DNA of 64,000 nt from Eledone cirrhosa (taxonomy: Eukaryota). The stretch covers positions 46,934,001 through 46,998,000 of the forward strand of contig OZ024747.1 in the NCBI GenBank assembly GCA_964016885.1. Direction: 5' to 3'. Both the position numbers and the translations under genes were made by a program. The notes beneath the pieces were generated by a model, which was not told the DNA's origin, ran no database searches, and saw nothing but the letters and a program-made list of their open reading frames with translations. Shown piece by piece: positions 57,020 through 64,000 of this stretch (its first letter is position 1; each line of letters starts with the position of its first letter).

Positions 57020-57608
57020 TTGGTGTGGGATGCGTAAAACGTCCGTACGCGGTATGCCGTTTGAGCACTCGATGCTCTTAAAGAGCAGAGTATAATATCA
57101 CTTAAGAAACGGAGAATCAGTGGTGCAACGGATAAAATTTATTAGACATATTACAATCGTTTCTCTGGTGACCAGGCGAAATCTGGACATGGGTGTGGGC
57201 GCCTACAGGCCGAGAAGGCTGCGACAGGGCGCGAGCGTTTCAATCATACAACCCCTTACTTCCTACAGTAGTATTTCCGATATAAGAAGCAACTTTGATT
57301 GACAGGTGGAATATGAAAGGAACCAGATAAATGACGGCCATGAGTGGTCAAAAATACCGATGACGTTTATAATTCTTGACCACTCTCCGACTGACGAAAA
57401 CAGGATTTAAGCTGGGGAGTGAAGGCCGAGAGAGTAACTGGATATTTGGAAACTCTGCTTCGAAGAATCGAGACGTATCTGAGGATCATGCGATTTCAGA
57501 GTCAGGTTCGATCATTACATCGATCGTCCCTCGAGCTGGACGCCAGAGAAACGATTGTAATATGTCTAATAAATTTTAATTCGTCGCACCACTGATTCTC
57601 CGTTTCTT

Positions 57609-57610
<2 letters not shown>
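57020..57610. mobile_element. Family L fold-back; HHR at 57472-57566 (+); possible endonuclease remnant upstream
   Basis: 57103-57170 is inverted at 57543-57608; gacgtat-CTGAGGA-tc...ga-GAAA-cgattg-TA-atatgtc; FIILDH and RESNWI in adjacent frames. Confidence 0.7.
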
Positions 57611-57689
<79 letters not shown>

Positions 57690-57710
57690 ATATATGGAAG
57701 CAAGTAATAG

Positions 57711-57790
<80 letters not shown>

Positions 57791-57865
57791 ATTTATATAT
57801 ATATATATTTATATATATATATATTTATATATATATTTATATATATATTTATATATATATATATT

Positions 57866-57988
<123 letters not shown>

Positions 57989-58023
57989 ATTTATATATAT
58001 ATATATTTATATATATTTATATT

Positions 58024-58054
<31 letters not shown>

Positions 58055-58055
<1 letters not shown>

Positions 58056-61000
58056 GACATAGAATATTCGAAAATATTCTGTATGTTTATAATAAACATT
58101 TTGAAGACCTAATCGCTATAAAATAGAATACGTCACGTATTACAATTAGATTCTCGATAAAAGCAAGGGAAGTAATCTACGCGTTTCATTCTCGTTAGAA
58201 ATCATCAGGACTACATATCCAGTGCTTTTATCGAGAATGACACAGCTAGAGACTTATAGAATACTTAGCTGTGTACAGGAACTGGTTTGAAAGAGCGGTT
58301 GCCGGTCCGGCAGAAATTAGAAATTGGAATAAATGCTCTGAAATAGCGATATATATGTGAATATAGACATAGAATATTCGAAAATATTCTGTATGTTTAT
58401 AATAAACATTTTGAAGACCTAATCGCTATAGAATAGAATACGTCACGTATTACAATTAGATTCTCGATAAAAGCAAGGGAAGTAATCTACGCGTTTCATT
58501 CTCGTTAGAAATCATCAGGACTACATATCCAGTGCTTTTATCGAGAATGACACAGCTAGAGACTTATAGAATACTTAGCTGTGTACAGGAACTGGTTTGA
58601 AAGAGCGGTTGCCGGTCCGGCAGAAATTAGAAATTGGAATAAATGCTCTGAAATAGCGATATATATGTGAATATAGACATAGAATATTCGAAAATATTCT
58701 GTATGTTTATAATAAACATTTTGAAGACCTAATCGCTATAGAATAGAATACGTCACGTATTACAATTAGATTCTCGATAAAAGCAAGGGAAGTAATCTAC
58801 GCGTTTCATTCTCGTTAGAAATCATCAGGACTACATATCCAGTGCTTTTATCGAGAATGACACAGCTAGAGACTTATAGAATACTTAGCTGTGTACAGGA
58901 ACTGGTTTGAAAGAGCGGTTGCCGGTCCGGCAGAAATTAGAAATTGGAATAAATGCTCTGAAATAGCGATATATATGTGAATATAGACATAGAATATTCG
59001 AAAATATTCTGTATGTTTATAATAAACATTTTGAAGACCTAATCGCTATAGAATAGAATACGTCACGTATTACAAAATACGTGACGTATTCTATTCTATA
59101 GCGATTAGGTCTTCAAAATGTTTATTATAAACATACAGAATATTTTCGAATATTCTATGTCTATATTCACATATATATCGCTATTTCAGAGCATTTATTC
59201 CAATTTCTAATTTCTGCCGGACCGGCAACCGCTCTTTCAAACCAGTTCCTGTACACAGCTAAGTATTCTATAAGTCTCTAGCTGTGTCATTCTCGATAAA
59301 AGCACTGGATATGTAGTCCTGATGATTTCTAACGAGAATGAAACGCGTAGATTACTTCCCTTGCTTTTATCGAGAATCTAATTGTAATACGTGACGTATT
59401 CTATTCTATAGCGATTAGGTCTTCAAAATGTTTATTATAAACATACAGAATATTTTCGAATATTCTATGTCTATATTCACATATATATCGCTATTTCAGA
59501 GCATTTATTCCAATTTCTAATTTCTGCCGGACCGGCAACCGCTCTTTCAAACCAGTTCCTGTACACAGCTAAGTATTCTATAAGTCTCTAGCTGTGTCAT
59601 TCTCGATAAAAGCACTGGATATGTAGTCCTGATGATTTCTAACGAGAATGAAACGCGTAGATTACTTCCCTTGCTTTTATCGAGAATCTAATTGTAATAC
59701 GTGACGTATTCTATTCTATAGCGATTAGGTCTTCAAAATGTTTATTATAAACATACAGAATATTTTCGAATATTCTATGTCTATATTCACATATATATCG
59801 CTATTTCAGAGCATTTATTCCAATTTCTAATTTCTGCCGGACCGGCAACCGCTCTTTCAAACCAGTTCCTGTACACAGCTAAGTATTCTATAAGTCTCTA
59901 GCTGTGTCATTCTCGATAAAAGCACTGGATATGTAGTCCTGATGATTTCTAACGAGAATGAAACGCGTAGATTACTTCCCTTGCTTTTATCGAGAATCTA
60001 ATTGTAATACGTGACGTATTCTATTCTATAGCGATTAGGTCTTCAAAATGTTTATTATAAACATACAGAATATTTTCGAATATTCTATGTCTATATTCAC
60101 ATATATATCGCTATTTCAGAGCATTTATTCCAATTTCTAATTTCTGCCGGACCGGCAACCGCTCTTTCAAACCAGTTCCTGTACACAGCTAAGTATTCTA
60201 TAAGTCTCTAGCTGTGTCATTCTCGATAAAAGCACTGGATATGTAGTCCTGATGATTTCTAACGAGAATGAAACGCGTAGATTACTTCCCTTGCTTTTAT
60301 CGAGAATCTAATTGTAATACGTGACGTATTCTATTCTATAGCGATTAGGTCTTCAAAATGTTTATTATAAACATACAGAATATTTTCGAATATTCTATGT
60401 CTATATTCACATATATATCGCTATTTCAGAGCATTTATTCCAATTTCTAATTTCTGCCGGACCGGCAACCGCTCTTTCAAACCAGTTCCTGTACACAGCT
60501 AAGTATTCTATAAGTCTCTAGCTGTGTCATTCTCGATAAAAGCACTGGATATGTAGTCCTGATGATTTCTAACGAGAATGAAACGCGTAGATTACTTCCC
60601 TTGCTTTTATCGAGAATCTAATTGTAATACGTGACGTATTCTATTCTATAGCGATTAGGTCTTCAAAATGTTTATTATAAACATACAGAATATTTTCGAA
60701 TATTCTATGTCTATATTCACATATATATCGCTATTTCAGAGCATTTATTCCAATTTCTAATTTCTGCCGGACCGGCAACCGCTCTTTCAAACCAGTTCCT
60801 GTACACAGCTAAGTATTCTATAAGTCTCTAGCTGTGTCATTCTCGATAAAAGCACTGGATATGTAGTCCTGATGATTTCTAACGAGAATGAAACGCGTAG
60901 ATTACTTCCCTTGCTTTTATCGAGAATCTAATTGTAATACGTGACGTATTCTATTCTATAGCGATTAGGTCTTCAAAATGTTTATTATAAACATACAGAA

Positions 61001-61684
61001 TATTTTCGAATATTCTATGTCTATATTCACATATATATCGCTATTTCAGAGCATTTATTCCAATTTCTAATTTCTGCCGGACCGGCAACCGCTCTTTCAA
61101 ACCAGTTCCTGTACACAGCTAAGTATTCTATAAGTCTCTAGCTGTGTCATTCTCGATAAAAGCACTGGATATGTAGTCCTGATGATTTCTAACGAGAATG
61201 AAACGCGTAGATTACTTCCCTTGCTTTTATCGAGAATCTAATTGTAATACGTGACGTATTCTATTCTATAGCGATTAGGTCTTCAAAATGTTTATTATAA
61301 ACATACAGAATATTTTCGAATATTCTATGTCTATATTCACATATATATCGCTATTTCAGAGCATTTATTCCAATTTCTAATTTCTGCCGGACCGGCAACC
61401 GCTCTTTCAAACCAGTTCCTGTACACAGCTAAGTATTCTATAAGTCTCTAGCTGTGTCATTCTCGATAAAAGCACTGGATATGTAGTCCTGATGATTTCT
61501 AACGAGAATGAAACGCGTAGATTACTTCCCTTGCTTTTATCGAGAATCTAATTGTAATACGTGACGTATTCTATTCTATAGCGATTAGGTCTTCAAAATG
61601 TTTATTATAAACATACAGAATATTTTCGAATATTCTATGTCTATATTCACATATATATCGCTATTTCAGAGCATTTATTCCAAT
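58055..61684. repeat. 310-bp hammerhead-containing tandem array (non-LTR retrozyme-like) with an inversion at 59075/59076
   Basis: ~3.3 units on - (58055-59075) and ~8.4 units on + (59076-61684); units essentially identical; flanked by (TA)n. Confidence 0.92.
59313..59355 (+). ncRNA. Array hammerhead, first of 8 plus-strand copies (every 310 bp to 61483-61525); minus-strand copies at 58172-58214, 58482-58524 and 58792-58834
   Basis: gtagtc-CTGATGA-t ttct aacg agaa t-GAAA-cgcg-TA-gattac; GUA triplet; enclosed by tctcgataaaagca/tgcttttatcgaga. Confidence 0.88.
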
Positions 61685-61724
61685 ATATATTTATATTTAT
61701 ATATATATGGAAGCAAGTAATAGC

Positions 61725-61763
<39 letters not shown>

Positions 61764-61780
61764 ATGGAAGCAAGTAATAG

Positions 61781-61850
<70 letters not shown>

Positions 61851-62288
61851 TATATACATATATATATATTTATATAGCTATTACTTGCTTCCATAGATTT
61901 CATAACATTAACGCTAAAAAAACTATAAACTGACGTTAAATTTGCTAACTTCAATAAATACTAATATATGACAGACATAGATTGTATTAACATCATAATA
62001 GGAGTGTTGGTAATACCAGGTAGAACAACTATTATGAAATATACCATTAAATAATTCTGGCAATTCTAACCTTCCATAACCATAGAAAAAACTTTGTTTA
62101 CAGTTTACGATTGAAACATGCGGTTATGGAATACATCGATCGGTAATTAAATAGTTTTTAATATGTTATATATATAATGATCCTGGCGATAAATAATATT
62201 CAAAGTAAATGAAAAATGTGTTGATCAAATAAATATTATTAACTGTTGAACTTGGTGACTTATTTCTTAGTTAATATATGCTCTGTGA

Positions 62289-62662
62289 TAGCAAGTCAAT
62301 AAATCAACAAGCCAGAACATATAAAATCAAGGGAGTGTAAACACAGAAAATATCTTTAAAAATAATTGTTTCTACTTTAGGCACAAGGCCAGCAATTAAC
62401 CAGTGCATTACTGGTACTTTATTTTATCGACCCCGTAAGGATGAAAGGCAAAGTCAACTTCGGCGGGATTTGAACTCAGATCGTAAAGGGACGTAACTAT
62501 GCTGGAAAGCATGGCGTCCGACCCTCTACTGATACTGCCAATCCACAAAATAATATTAAATAATTAAATTCGGTAATCGCGGTCAGGGCACATATAGTAA
62601 GTACAGTGAATTTTTTTGAATTTAATTATTTATTATTATTTTTTAAGATATTTTCTGTGTTT

Positions 62663-62700
<38 letters not shown>

Positions 62701-62900
62701 GTGTCTGTGTGTGTAAATACAGAAAATATCTTTAAAAATAATAATAAATAATTAAATTCCAAAAAATTCACTGTACTTACTATATGTGCCCTTACCGCGG
62801 TTACCGAATTTAATTATGTAATATTATTTTTAAAGATATTTTCTGTGTTTACACTCCCTTGATTTTATATGTTCTGGCTTGTTAATTTATTGACTTGCTA
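62289..62900. repeat. Nested fold-back with an S1 SINE (62362-62546, -) inserted in the left arm
   Basis: Left arm minus the SINE is the reverse complement of 62708-62900; TSD aaaataat. Confidence 0.85.
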
Positions 62901-63375
62901 TTGAACCACACAGGCATACGGACCATACTTGTATCCCTGTATGTATTAATTACATATAGGACATACTTTTATTATATATACGTATATATATGTATGTATA
63001 TTCTGTCCAGATCTCGCAATTCTACTTATAATATCTTAATAGTACACAGGAATATTCGTGCTTCTTCCTATTAAATATATTTTTACTGTCACCCAATATT
63101 ATCTCTTTACTTTAAATACTGAAAATCTGGTTATGTATTTTCTGCAGTCGCTTTTTAAACTGAATAGACATTTGTACTCAATCACCGCTTTCAATAAATA
63201 TACGAAAGATGTTTTCAATTATGTTATCTAGATAAGATGTATACGTGCATTGATCTGTGTATTGCACACATACCTACATGGACACAAACATACACAAGCA
63301 CATGCACACATGGATACATACAGCCGCACATACGCTGACATACACACAGATACACACATATACACACAAACACAC

Positions 63376-63662
63376 ATGGCTTAGTGTTTGGAGCGTTGGG
63401 CTCTCAATCGTGAGGCGTGACACGTTATTTCACGCCGATCCAGTTCACTCAGCTGTAAAATTGAATTGCGACACCACTGATGCCAAGCTGTATCAGTCTT
63501 TGCCTTTCCCGTGGACAAAATCGGTGGCGTGGAGACGGAAGACACGTATGCATAATGGACTGCTGGTCTTCCTCGAATAACCTTACCCGCATTGTGCCTC
63601 GGATGGGAAACGTTCTTTGTGCAATTCCCAAGGTCATTTGTGACCGAAGGGAGTCCTTTACA
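63376..63662 (+). mobile_element. S2 tRNA-derived SINE
   Basis: TGGCTTAGTG A-box-like head; cagttcactcagctgtaaaa core. Confidence 0.65.
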
Positions 63663-63715
63663 CACATACACCAAAATATATATATCAATACCTATCAATA
63701 TCTATATCTATCTAT

Positions 63716-63754
<39 letters not shown>

Positions 63755-63758
<4 letters not shown>

Positions 63759-63963
63759 GAACGATCGACTTTCGTCAAATCGGACCGAGGGAACAGTGTT
63801 TCCGTTGGTCTTTCCAATTGCTAATACTATCTATCGGTCGCAACTCCAGGTAGAAGGAGCAACGTGAAATAAAGTGTCTTGCTCAAGGACATAACGCATC
63901 GCCTGGTCCAGGAATCGAACTCACAACCTTACGATTGCGAATCCAATTCCCTAACCACACGCC

Positions 63964-63967
<4 letters not shown>
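63755..63967 (-). mobile_element. tRNA-derived SINE homologous to 41988-42235
   Basis: B box GAGTTCGATTCC on the minus strand; CCTTGAGCAAGACACTT. Confidence 0.75.

Positions 63968-64000
<33 letters not shown>

Noticed and set aside
58055-61684. CRISPR array or centromeric satellite
   Set aside because: No unique spacers and a eukaryotic context; a short array with one hammerhead per unit fits a retrozyme better

Overview
Eukaryotic, very AT-rich, repeat-saturated window with no recognisable host protein-coding exon. The SINE families and the (TA)n/(CA)n microsatellite load suggest a coleoid cephalopod such as Octopus (inference). Nearly all ORFs in the track are translated microsatellites. 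The real coding remnants are transposon fragments: two L1/Tx1-like 3' ends, a Penelope-like GIY-YIG endonuclease ORF, two RTE-clade LINE fragments, an R4/Dong-like endonuclease fragment and a Tc1/mariner deletion derivative. The main hidden signal is a dense population of type I hammerhead ribozymes (HHRs). Reading by eye I count about 33 dispersed motifs, some degenerate, from more than 10 repeat families, plus 11 identical copies in a 310-bp tandem array (58055-61684) that has an internal inversion. Most sit in short non-coding modules inserted into (TA)n tracts, typically as fold-back (inverted) or tandem, circularly permuted copies. This looks like a Penelope/retrozyme ecosystem. It includes recurrent non-canonical cores (U4C 'CCGAnGA'; U3-A8 'TTGAnAA'), family-specific palindromic stem III sequences and octamer motifs upstream of some ribozymes. 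All coordinates and folds were derived manually; none were computed.
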